This document shows positions 1 through 10,688 of a stretch of DNA of 64,000 nucleotides, piece after piece. The stretch covers positions 372,001 to 436,000 of the forward strand of contig CDROCS010001270.1 in NCBI GenBank assembly GCA_977020255.1. Reading direction: 5' to 3'. Both the position numbers and the translations under genes were made by a program. This DNA comes from Obrimoposthia wandeli (lineage: Eukaryota). The notes under the pieces were generated by a model, which saw only the letters and a program-made list of their open reading frames with translations, was not told where the DNA came from and did no database searches. Each line of letters starts with the position of its first letter. Positions within the stretch are counted from its first letter, which is position 1.

Positions 1-272
1 ACATCAATACAAGTTAAAATATATCGATGTCCACCGTTAATACTCGCATACGGAATCATTTCTATCAAATCTGCTTGCCATAAATCATTTGGCCCACTCG
101 TTTTGTATGATCTCGTTGGGAACCGACGTTTCATTGGTTTGTTTAAGCTGTAAGCTAATTGATTTCTCAACCACACCTGAGTTTCCTTTTTCCCCTTCTT
201 TGACTCTTTTGCTAATTTTGAAACCCCTGTGTAACCAACGGGATGACTTGGATCGAACCATATTTTCTCCAT
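1..272 (-). CDS. Maverick rve integrase, N-terminal part (runs off window)
   Basis: Manual translation from ATG 272: MEKIWFDPSHPVGYTGVSKL...NQLAYSLNKPMKRRFPTRSYKTSGPNDLWQADLIEMIPYASINGGHRYILTCIDV, clearly homologous to 49297 ff. Confidence 0.92.
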   Translation of the reverse strand, partial: MEKIWFDPSHPVGYTGVSKLAKESKKGKKETQVWLRNQLAYSLNKPMKRRFPTRSYKTSGPNDLWQADLIEMIPYASINGGHRYILTCID

Positions 273-330
273 TACAACAAGACGATTTGATTTTTATATT
301 AAATTTAGGAATACATGGAAGTGATCCCAT
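85..330 (-). CDS. Small MG...CC protein overlapping the integrase 5' end
   Basis: MGSLPCIPKFNIKIKSSCCNG...; homologous ORF at the same position in element 2 (49251-49481). Confidence 0.5.
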   Translation of the reverse strand: MGSLPCIPKFNIKIKSSCCNGENMVRSKSSRWLHRGFKISKRVKEGEKGNSGVVEKSISLQLKQTNETSVPNEIIQNEWAK

Positions 331-369
331 ATATAAATTCATATTATTGATTCAAATTTATGTTTATAA

Positions 370-798
370 TTATCTTTTTATTAGTCTACTAGCAAGTGCA
401 CCAACTATTGAGCTAATAATTGGTACGAGAAATCCTAAAAATCCACCACTTTGCTTATAAAGCAACTTACGTTTACCGATTCGTGTTTTGGCATGAAACA
501 AAGCAAGTACAGGTTTCTTATGTCGATTCATTTTAGCCTTGACAATTATTTTACCAGAAACTATTATCTGTATCATATTATATAAATCATCAATTACAAA
601 AGTAGGGAATGATTTAAGAATAGCTGGGCGGCGAATAGCAGGTGCACGCATGAGAGAATTGAAATAGGCAATACTCTTAGATTTCTTAACAACAGTTCTT
701 TTCTTATTTGATTTTTGAGAAACCATTTTCCTTGCACTTAAAACTGATTTAATCAATTTTGTAACTTCAGGTTTAAAAGTTTCCTTTTTAAAATTCAT
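370..798 (-). CDS. Basic protein with adenovirus pX-like C-terminus (QSGGFLGFLVPII)
   Basis: Homologous to 48916-49245 (ILKSFP.FVID, Q.GGF.G.L.PII); its N-terminus matches 48574 ff. Confidence 0.8.
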   Translation of the reverse strand: MNFKKETFKPEVTKLIKSVLSARKMVSQKSNKKRTVVKKSKSIAYFNSLMRAPAIRRPAILKSFPTFVIDDLYNMIQIIVSGKIIVKAKMNRHKKPVLALFHAKTRIGKRKLLYKQSGGFLGFLVPIISSIVGALASRLIKR

Positions 799-1445
799 CT
801 TCGAGAAACTGGTTTTTTTGTTTGTTTATAGACGGTAATTCCCGATGGATTGAATATATCAGTTTTAATTCTAAAGTCATCGGGACAATCTTGAGTAAAA
901 TCAATAAAAATGTATCCATGAGGAATAGTAGTTGCATCTTGAAATGAATCAATTAGGAACTTTCTATTATTCAGGTAAGCTTGTCTTGAAACAAAATCAA
1001 CAACCGTCTGATCACGTGGATTTTTGAAGAGAACAAGGTAATGTACATTTAAATTACGAGTTCTATGATTCCCTCCTTGATGAAATAGATTTTGTGTGAT
1101 GAAAACAACAGTTACTTCACGATGTCGTGCTATTTTAGTGAATAAATTATTGAAATCACTCTCTTTATTTGCTTCTTGATATAAATCATCAATAACAATA
1201 ACATCATGTCGTTGTAATCGCTCAGACCAATTATCATCGAATCCATTAATGACTTTTATATTTTTGATTTTCTTAAACTCTTTACTGGTTAAACCAGCTT
1301 CTCCATCTCCTCCATGATGTCAGTATATCTTATTAAACTTAAAAGTAAAGTATTTATTATTTTACAGTAATTTACATACAAAATGAGTTTTCCCACTGCC
1401 ACTAGGACCTACAAACTGAAAAACTGAATTATTTTTTAAGTTCAT
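795..1445 (-). pseudogene. A32/FtsK-like packaging ATPase with two nonsense mutations
   Basis: MNLKNNSVFQFVGPSGSGKTHF (Walker A); TAA after KLL, TGA in place of W(H); VIVIDD and ARHREVTVVFITQN follow; TGA overlaps the next ATG. Confidence 0.9.
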
Positions 1446-2071
1446 AATAAAAATATTATATTATCGGGATAATGTTTATAAGACAAAGCTATTTAAAATA
1501 TATTATTATAATACATCCACTAAGAAACAATATAAAACAATATAAAACAATAAAAAACTCTTTTTTTTTTTTTTTGCTAAAGCTCTCTTATCTGCTAAAC
1601 CAGTAAAATTTGCTTATAACGATTCTAATCTTCTTTCTTCATATATCATATTTTCATTTCTTCTTACAAGAATAGTCATGTGATGTCATTGTCTTAAGAA
1701 TAAAACAGTATAAACAATATTTTGATAATGATTTTATTGAAAATGAATAATCAAAATAATCAAAATAATCAAAATAATCAAAGTAGAGCTAGTACATATA
1801 TAGGTTCCGGTAGTCATTTATATTCTAATATGAATTATAATAGAAATATTCAGAGAGAAAATATTAATCCATCAAGTCAAACAATAACAAGTCCTACGCG
1901 CGTAACCGAAGAACGTAAGCCATTTAAGGTTATGACTAATACTAAACGATTTTCATAAACAAGAATGTTAACCAATTGAGAGTAATCGATTTTCATAAAC
2001 AAGAATATCGACCAATTAGAATTGAGCTTTAGAGGATAAACAATTGAATATTTCAACTTATAATTTTATAT

Positions 2072-2380
2072 ATGAATTTTGAAAAGCTATATCAACCTAT
2101 GCATACATATTATGGATATGAGATGAACTTTGTGAAGAAAGCTCATAACTATAATTTTATTTTTCCTGTCAACATCGAGCTGCTTAAATTTGATTTTGAA
2201 ATATCAAATTTTACTTCTGTGGATAAAGAGAGAATCAATATTCTCTTGACTCAATTCGGAATCAACTATGGGCTTCAGGAAAACAAATTCGTAATCAAAG
2301 GATCAACTGCCACTTTCAAGCAGGAGAATGGAACAATATTCGAAGAACCTCCTCCTAAACTAGAGTTCTTTCAATCATAA
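2072..2380 (+). CDS. Hypothetical accessory protein of Maverick 1 (102 aa)
   Basis: Intact ATG ORF inside the element; GATAAACAA motif 37 nt upstream; no family recognised. Confidence 0.5.
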   Translation: MNFEKLYQPMHTYYGYEMNFVKKAHNYNFIFPVNIELLKFDFEISNFTSVDKERINILLTQFGINYGLQENKFVIKGSTATFKQENGTIFEEPPPKLEFFQS

Positions 2381-2533
2381 TTCAAGGATGCAAGGTCGGG
2401 CCCAGTGGATTGGAAACTCCTTATATGGAAAATAATTGAAGCTGTTCGAGTTGACTAATAAATTTTTTGTCTTTATTTGTATTATTTTATTTTATATATA
2501 AACAATAATGATACTTTAATAATAATATTTATT

Positions 2534-2908
2534 ATGAAAATGACTAAAAAACCTACTAAATCATTAAAGTCGAAAAAGACTAAGGTTAAAAAGACCATGA
2601 GTAAAAAGACTATGAGTAAAAAGAAAATCATGGAGGGTTTGGGTATTCATATGATGGTAGGAAATCTTTTAGATAGATGGTTTGGTGGAGTTGATAAAAA
2701 AGCTATAAAACATTAAAAGAATGTGGATTATATTAGAGGTATACAAAATGGGAATGGATTGCAAAAAGGAAATGGTATACAAAAAGGGGATGCTATGCTT
2801 GATATTTTTGTAAAATTAGATAAAGTTGTAAAAGCATTTTAAAAGGATCCTAGTGCTTATCTTGATAGAAAACTAAACATTTTACTAAAACCTCCAAAAA
2901 GTTTGTAA
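2534..2908 (+). pseudogene. Lys-rich core-like protein with G-x-G repeats, two in-frame stops
   Basis: One frame: MKMTKKPTKSLKSKK...EGLGI...KH*KNVDYIRGIQNGNGLQKGNGIQKGDA...AF*KDPS...KSL*; TATAAACAA at 2497. Confidence 0.55.
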
Positions 2909-3331
2909 TTACATAAAGTTGCAATATAGATGCAATACGTGACTGTCTTTGTTAGACTCTCACACACACACGTAACTGTCTTTGTAGGTATTGATGACTG
3001 TCTTTGTTAGAAACACACAGATACATACATGTATAAGAATAAATAAGAATAAATCTAGTACGGACTTGTTACTATTGATTACATAAAGAGGCAAGTATTT
3101 GCAATATAGATGCAGTACGTGACTGTCTTTGTTAGATAGATATAGGAACGTTTAAACATATTTATCAAATTATATAATACTTTATTTTATAATTAGATAA
3201 TTTAATTTAAATAAATTATATAAGCTTGATCACACACACACATGATATGTCTTTTGGTGAAGACCGCGTGTTAATACCACCTTTAGATAAAAATATATAT
3301 AGTTTTAAAGTATGTTACTAATAATAGAATA

Positions 3332-3703
3332 TGAGTCATCGATGAGTCATGGGATGAGTCATCGACGAGTCATCTTTTTGACGTCTCTGTGACCTTAAAT
3401 GACATTGTCCTCATGAAGGCATGACCTTAAATGACCTTGACCTCATGAGGTCATGACCTTAACTTGTCCTCATGAGATCATGTTCTCATCGTGACCTTAA
3501 GCTCTTCTCAAGGGGGCGGGTATGCTCAAAATGTATTTGTCCTGAAAGACACACATCTCCCTACTGTATGTGTGTCTTTCAGGACAAATACATTTTGTCC
3601 TGAGCAGAGGGGGGGCTAGACTTTTTTCATGACCTCATGAGGTCATGACCTACATCTCACTGTGACCTTAACTTGACCTACATTTTTGTCCTCAACTTGA
3701 CCT
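3332..3703. repeat. Subterminal motif array: 3x TGAGTCA and 13x TGACCT/AGGTCA
   Basis: Counted directly; includes the palindromes TGACCTCATGAGGTCA at ~3438 and ~3630. Confidence 0.85.
3527..3597. repeat. Perfect 30-bp inverted repeat (11-nt loop) in the Maverick 1 end
   Basis: Arms 3527-3556 and 3568-3597 are exact reverse complements. Confidence 0.95.
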
Positions 3704-3759
3704 GAGCTTGTCCTCGGGGAGGGCTTTGTTCCAGAAGTGCCACATCTACCTACTATATT

Positions 3760-4350
3760 CTCGTTCCTGTTTCATCGTCGAGGTTTTTGATAGTTAAAGC
3801 ATTTAGAATTTTTCTTCGGGCATGTATTGGCAAGGTTATCAACTGTCTTTCATGTAAAACAGGACGGGTTGCTACATATGATTCTTTCTTCATGTCAGCT
3901 CTGACTCCAAGGGCATCATGCGCATTTCTTGATCTCATCCGAATCCTGGCAGAAGATAATAGCTCTTCAATCGAATATCTGTCCTTCTTCTCGGATACTT
4001 GCTACGCCTTAGACAATTCTTGCGGGAGACCATCAACAAATTGAAGTCGCACCACTTCATTAGACAGCCCATCATATCTGCCAGACGTTTGAGATCAAAT
4101 AAATATACTCTCCATCAAACCACCAATGCTCACGGAATCGTAAAATTTGTAAAGCCGCATATTTTTTCAGTCCAAAGGGCTCGCGGAATGCTGCTTTAAT
4201 GAAAGCATAATCTGCGCTATCTGTCGAGCTTAAATTTGAATAAATTTACGACGGCATACGGACAGCCTCGGTGCTGCAGTTGAAGCTAAATTATCTTATG
4301 TGAAAAGAGGTTTTGCTCTCAGCTTCAATGCCAGGTTTCCACATCGTCGC
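3760..4350 (-). pseudogene. LTR-retrotransposon gag relic
   Basis: Minus-strand LQFVDGLPQEL..., followed by a degenerate zinc knuckle SCFT*KTVDNLANTCP. Confidence 0.45.
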
Positions 4351-4488
4351 TTCCAACAAAAATTGGAAAAACGTTTAAATTTCTGATTACTGCCCCACAA
4401 ATGTCGACGTCATTTTTATTTTATTTCAGGTTATTCGATAATATAGAGATACAATTGTTAGCGGAAATACTTTGAGCATAATTCTTAT

Positions 4489-4990
4489 TTATTTTGAAAA
4501 TAACACAATACAACACAATTCATTACTACAAGTTAATGAGTTATGAGTGACTGGTACATAGTATATTATTCTTTGTGGAAATACAGCGTCCTGTTTGCAT
4601 TGTCTTCCAGAACTGCATTTACATCGTCTAAAACCTTGAGATCCAGAGACCCTTGTCACATAATGGGTATTTTTATTTGCCAAATCAAGCTTCTTTGTTC
4701 GATGTGGTTCCTTTTGCCGTATCTGTGTAAATGAAGATAGCTCGATTCTTCCTATTGATTATTCTATCCAAACCTCCTACTCTTAAATTACATTTATGCT
4801 TAATAGGGTGATAGTCTTCCTCTTTTCCCTATCAGTTAATTCAGATACGCATGATCTTCATAATACTGTTGACTTGGCTTCAGTGTTCTTAGATCGCCAT
4901 TTTCATAGTTTTGTAACGAAAGGTTTGTACATTCCTCGTCGGTGTTCGTCATTATGGCGCATGAATGGTAAATTAGAGAACTTATTAGAG
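4489..4990 (-). pseudogene. Ginger2/KRBA2-like integrase C-terminal relic
   Basis: VSGSQGFRRCKCSSG...HNSLTCSN resembles the Cys-rich tail of these transposases; heavily degraded. Confidence 0.35.
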
Positions 4991-7900
4991 AGTTTTTAAT
5001 CAATTTATAATTCATTTATTTGATACACTTTTAGTTACTATCATTAACATTATATGCCAAACAGTTTTTGACAGTCAAACAACGTTTATTTCACTAGTAA
5101 AAATAGTTTACTACGTGGTTTTAATTTTAAAAATATTGCTTAAGATTTATGCCTTATTCCTGTATTATATATTATTATTAGACATTATGATAAATGCCTT
5201 GGAAATAGGCTTGATGTTAACATTAATTTAGAAACCAAATGTACTTTTAATTAAATTCAAAACACTTCATTGAAAGAAAATATTAAATAATACATCTGTA
5301 AACTTTGAGGATAAGTAAATCTTTCCATTGTAATGAATTTAATTTTCTGTAAAAATTATGCATATATATAATGCATTACTCTTCACTTCTCTTTACCCTA
5401 TTTAATTGTATCCTCTTATTATTGAAGTTAAAAATTACAATGGAATTCAGAAAACATAAAAGAAAGTAAACAAAAATCGATTTTTAAATAAACTAATGTA
5501 AACTTTATTTTCTATTTTTCTGAGTAAAATTTCATTATATTTCTGCTACCATTCAGTAGGAAAATTATTTTAATCCCACAAAATACACTTGGGATTTATT
5601 TTCATGATTTATAGTGGCTTCAAGATTCTCTTCAGTAGTACTCCTAATTGCATTCTATGCTCTTCAAAATGGGCTTCCCATTATCAGGAAATACATCTCT
5701 TAAATTCGATAACGTAGCCAGAAGTAGAAGTAGGATATTCTGGAAAATTGAGAACAAAATTATTTCTTTGATACTATCGATTAACTCCACACTTGAGAAA
5801 TTGAAAAAGTCGGAAAGGAAAATTTTTTTCCAAATAAATCTTTCTCTGTCCTTAGATGAAAACACATCTAAATCCGAATGAAATACCTAAAAATGCGTTT
5901 CATAATTTTAAAGAAAACTAAATTTTTAAAATCATTTTTCGCTAAATGCAAATAAAAAAATCATTAATGAATCAATATAGATATAACATAATCATTAAGA
6001 CAAAATAAAAGGTCAACTATTCATGTAGATATTTCTACCTTTAATAAATGGGGAGATAGCGATTAACTTAGACCTTTGTAAGAAGACCCACGAACTCCCA
6101 GTATAATATCAAATACATTTACCCGATTTCAAATATTCTCCTTCCTTGATGATCTGGAGTAGTATTTCTAGTTTGGCCTCCAGAAATAGCAATAAATGGC
6201 TGAGACACATCCCAAGAAAGAATGCCACAAAATACAAAGAACTGCATTCAAGAGAATCGTTTGTATTGTTGTAGCCTTGTAACCTTCTGAGTAAGAAGAT
6301 GGGTCTTCTAGGACAAAGTACCTCGGAGTATGAGTCATGGTCTGTTCCCTAAAAAGCTGTATAATCGACGACTCATGTTCTTTGTTCCACACCTTAAAGT
6401 GTCACACCTACAAGTGTCTGAAACGAACTTACTTAATAATATTATATTAAATATTTATAAGTAGATTATATTATTTGAATTTTTGTTGCACGTAAATTTT
6501 ATAGAGATGCAAATTTTTATGATAAAGACATTTTATTTAAATACATCAATTTGATAAAAATATTATTTAAACGAGTTTCATTATTTAAATTTGGCGAGCA
6601 TTGTATGATTTTACAAAAAAGTTTATTTCTGCAGTTTTTAAATGAAAAAAAATGAAGCATTTTAGTTTTATTCGTCGTCAGGTTTGCAGAAGAATTGAGG
6701 CTGATCAAATATCATCATTGTTTGCTTATTCCATACATCTTCAACAATATTCATATCAGGACTCATAATAATATTTGATAACATATGGAAATTTGGTTGC
6801 AATTTGACTGAATAAACCGCTATAGACCGCCAAACCGCCAACACTACAACGCTCTGAAGTTCCTGAAACTTTATGTGAACTAAGAATTTTGTTCATTGTT
6901 GACTGAAATATATTGATACTTTGTTGTTTGATTGATATGGTGCCACTCTTCATGGTCCTCCTCTGCTCTGATGAATTTTCCCTTCGTGAAATGGTGAAAT
7001 ATTCGATTCAATTAATATTTCATGAACTCTAAAATTCAATTATTTTTTGTGGAAACATGGATTTGTTCCATACTTTCTAAAAATAACAGTTATTAAATTT
7101 TATGTATTGGAGAAACGTGTTTTAATTTTCTAGACTTTAGCCCAAATGATTTATTGGCTGGTAGCAGTGTGCTGCAATTTGTATTGACCGAAGTTGTTTG
7201 GAGCCGCTCTCGTATATACCAGACTGAGAGAGGCTCGATGAGATGAAGTCTAAGTGAATTTTTTAGTTTGTGAATTTGAATAATACAAAAGTTCGAGAAG
7301 AAGATTTTGTTATTTTGATATGTCTTAGTCGCGAAAGCAAAATGTATTTTCATGAAAACGTTACAACATCCAAAACGTTTAGTTCTGAAATATTTTTCCT
7401 TTACCTAGAAAAGTGAATCGAACTTTTAATACTTAGAAGGAGTTGCAAGTTAGAAAAGTCGACTGGATAACATAAACTATTTGTTTTCCACAGAATGGAG
7501 AAGATCAATATTGACTGTCAACCAACACTACAATGTTGATTCTTTCAATTACGGCTATTGAATCAATAAATTACTTTCATCCTTGTAGCGCATATTAAAC
7601 AGCAAAGACTATCTAAAATATAGTTTTCAAACTCAAACCTCAATGTAATTATATATATATATATTTTTCTAATTATGCTGATTGCAGTTAGATCGGCGAG
7701 AGGAATAAATTCCGGGAAATGAGGTCATGTTTCGTCCAAAATCGGGATGATTGATCGATTCCCGTGGATGGCGGTAGACTTGTTAACAAGAAATCATCAC
7801 TTTTTTCTGGTGGAAGAAGAAATCGGAGATTTGCTCGAGCAGTTTGTTTTCATAACAGTTCAGTTGGTGATGGAGGCTGACGAAATAAAGTCCACTCAAT

Positions 7901-9227
7901 TCCAATCGGTACAACAGTTATTATGTCAAGATATGTCTTAAAAATATGAAACAAGAATAATAATAAGAATTTTTCATCAGATACGAAATTTATATTCAAA
8001 TAAATTGTTTAATAATTGTAAAAATCGCGAAATTTAAATAGGTACGTTTTACTTTATAGTTTTAAATAAACAAATGATTCGATGTTTCTTTTCTTCTTTC
8101 TCCAGGAAACCAAAAGCCAAGAACATCAAGATGAAGTTCAGCGAAACAGTATGCTATTAAAAACTCCACAAAGTGTATTCATCGGAGTAAGACAGTCGTT
8201 GGCAAGTTTCTACGAAATCTGGTTGGATAAGAAGTTTTGAGATTAGAAGGCGCTAAAGAAAACGTCGAAAAAGATACAAACAAAACCCTTTTTATAACCA
8301 AATTCCCCAAAACAAAACGATTCGATTGTAGAAGGAATATGTTGATTAATCAAATGGATTGTATCAAAATATTGTTCTCTAAGAAGAAGATTTTTTACCT
8401 GGATTCCCCAGATAGTGGATTTATAAGGTCAGGAGCTATAAGTTCAGAGAGAGAAAAACTTAGTGGTTTGAAATGGTTCACATAGGTCAGAAAATGCTAA
8501 ATGATTACATGAAAAGATTTACTGAAAGTTTATATGGTTCAAATTGAATGTTCCAGCAAGAAAACACTGTCCATACGTCTACAAAGACAAATCAACGGTT
8601 ACAGGCGGAAAATGTCACGCTACATCTAATAACAATATAGAGTAAGTCTGAGTCATGCTAAAATGATTTTGATTTGGGAAAAATATGATATCAATAATAA
8701 CAAAAATAAATGACGATATATGTACATCTAAAAGTGATAATTCATGGTTAATAACTCATTTAATATTTCAGTTTGCTTCGTCGAATGTGTATAGCGTTGC
8801 TATTAGACGTAAAATTATCAATTTTTTATAAGATATTTTCCTTTATTCTTCTTAAACATGGGCTTTCTTTCTTCTGTATGATTCTTTAAAATAGCTAAAC
8901 AGTTTTTTTATTATATTTGGATATGTTGAGTTTGTTGGCCTCAATTCGTGTGGCGGATGAATTTGTAATGAGGCAAGGCAAAGTCTGACTTTGAACCATG
9001 GCTGATAATGTAGCTTCATAACATTAATGATATACCGTCTAAAAATTATGTTATTAGAAATGATCCTGAAACCTGGCTCTCTTTGGGTTTAGTTGTACAG
9101 TGTGGTCCAAAGTCTCATCCATCTGTCTCTAGAAAAAATAAACTTTACTTACAAGGAATTCTGTTGTCATATAATTTAAAATAATCTACAGTGTACTAGG
9201 ATTATTGATTATTTTGTGAATATCAAC

Positions 9228-9700
9228 ATGGCAGAGGATGAATAAACAATCAACAAAAGTCAGTCGCTGCCTGGGAAATTGGATATAAGAGTGCTAAAGA
9301 GAGTCATCGTTTATTTGCTGACAAAGAGAACAAAGAAGCAGCATATAGAACGACAATATAGAAGGACAAATTACTGTAGAGGGGAAATTTGGCCAAATAT
9401 CGGCCTAGATCGAGTAGGTCAGGGAGTGCCTCCGGTGATGACAATGCGGTTACAATTGAGGAATGTGTGAACGAAGAGATCCAACAACATCAATCCGATG
9501 TCTTTCTTTAGAATTGGATATTTCTTATGTGTCGTGGCGACGTATACTAGATAAAGGAGGCTGTAAATTTCTATACGCCTTTGTAGTCCTAGTTGTTGCG
9601 TGGTGTAGATGATCGTCGACTCGACTTTTGTGGAGTGATGCGCAATAAATATTTGGATGAACCCGCCTTTCACCGAAAGATGACATTCTCATATGAATGT
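9228..9700 (+). pseudogene. Tc1/mariner (rosa/maT-like) transposase relic
   Basis: Fragments RPRSSRS..., ELDIS..SWRRIL, DDRRLDFC, FHRKMTFS across frames. Confidence 0.45.
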
Positions 9701-10129
9701 GTAATTCACGTCAATGTAATTCACCTCTACCGAAATTTCTAAGGTTCATTTCATACATTTTTCAATGAAGATTGAATATTTAATAAATGTCCGTAAACTA
9801 TTTTTAGTTTTAAAAAAGTTAGATTTTAATATAATGGATTAAATTAAATATTTTTAACTTAAAAATAGTTAATATTTTAAACTAAAAATAAATTTCTCAA
9901 TTAGATCAAATTAAATATGCAATTTCTAATTGCTAGATTTACTCGATATGATTAAGACAATAAAAAATGGATTACTTTGAAAATTAATGTCTTAGTAATT
10001 ATAAGATTATGTAACGATTGATAATTATTTTTCGAGTATTTCATGTGCAGAAAAATGAAATAGTGTCCAAACAACTGTGGTAGGGATATTCCTAATATTC
10101 TAAAACAAAAAATTATTCTAATTCACAAC

Positions 10130-10320
10130 TCTGTCTTTGTTTGGAATAATGAAAAAGTGTAGTTAGTAAATTATCAAGAGAAAAAAGAAGCGTGATGTGA
10201 AGTTAATTTCAACCATGCATTCAAATGCTTCAGTTAATGCATCAAATAAAAAATTAACAGATGTTATTGAATTTCATAATAAAAACAAGTGTGGTATATA
10301 TACGGTTTGCCACTTCATAA
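10130..10320 (+). pseudogene. piggyBac transposase relic
   Basis: YQEKK..VKLISTMHS...KKLTDVIEFHNKNKCG resembles the piggyBac V.LLSTMH...KP.II..YN..KGGVD motifs. Confidence 0.55.
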
Positions 10321-10499
10321 CTGGTACGAGTATTTCCTTCGTGCTCACTTCATCTCTTATCAAAAATGACGTTTGCTTTTGAAAAACCAGTCTTCAACCG
10401 TGCAACTTCATCTTTCCTTGCTTGTATAGTAAATTTCCTTAACTTTTCGTTGTGGTGCGTCTCGTAATGTCGATTGTTATTTGCACATTCTTTACAGCA

Positions 10500-10688
10500 A
10501 TTTTGTCTAGACAAATGAGAAAATTATATTTTATGGATGAGCATATATTTGATAATATAGAAAGTATAAAGCCGGAAGTTTACAACTTCTTCAAACCTCA
10601 AAATCACGATTATTTTCAACCAGGTTTTGAAACTCCTACGAAACGTTTGAAAAAATGTATAGAATCAGAAGGATCTCATTTCGAATAA
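10500..10688 (+). pseudogene. mariner transposase C-terminal relic
   Basis: ...FFKPQNHDYFQPGF...KRLKKCIESEGSHFE*, matching the mariner RW.KCI...G.YFE end. Confidence 0.55.

Larger units (their letters stand above)
1..3754 (-). mobile_element. Maverick/Polinton element 1 (left-truncated by window, decayed)
   Basis: Minus-strand ATPase, pX-like ORF and integrase in the same order as element 2. Ends at ...CACATCTACCTACT (3754), i.e. 5'-AGTAGGTAG on minus, an AG-type Polinton terminus. Subterminal repeats and hairpin present. Confidence 0.9.

Noticed and set aside
6960-7000. CTGATGA...GAAA as a hammerhead
   Set aside because: No valid stem II with a G-C closing pair.
7680-8190. Possible host exons (GC-richer patch at 7690-7920; AG/GT-bounded 8106-8185)
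   Set aside because: No recognisable protein similarity or consistent frame.
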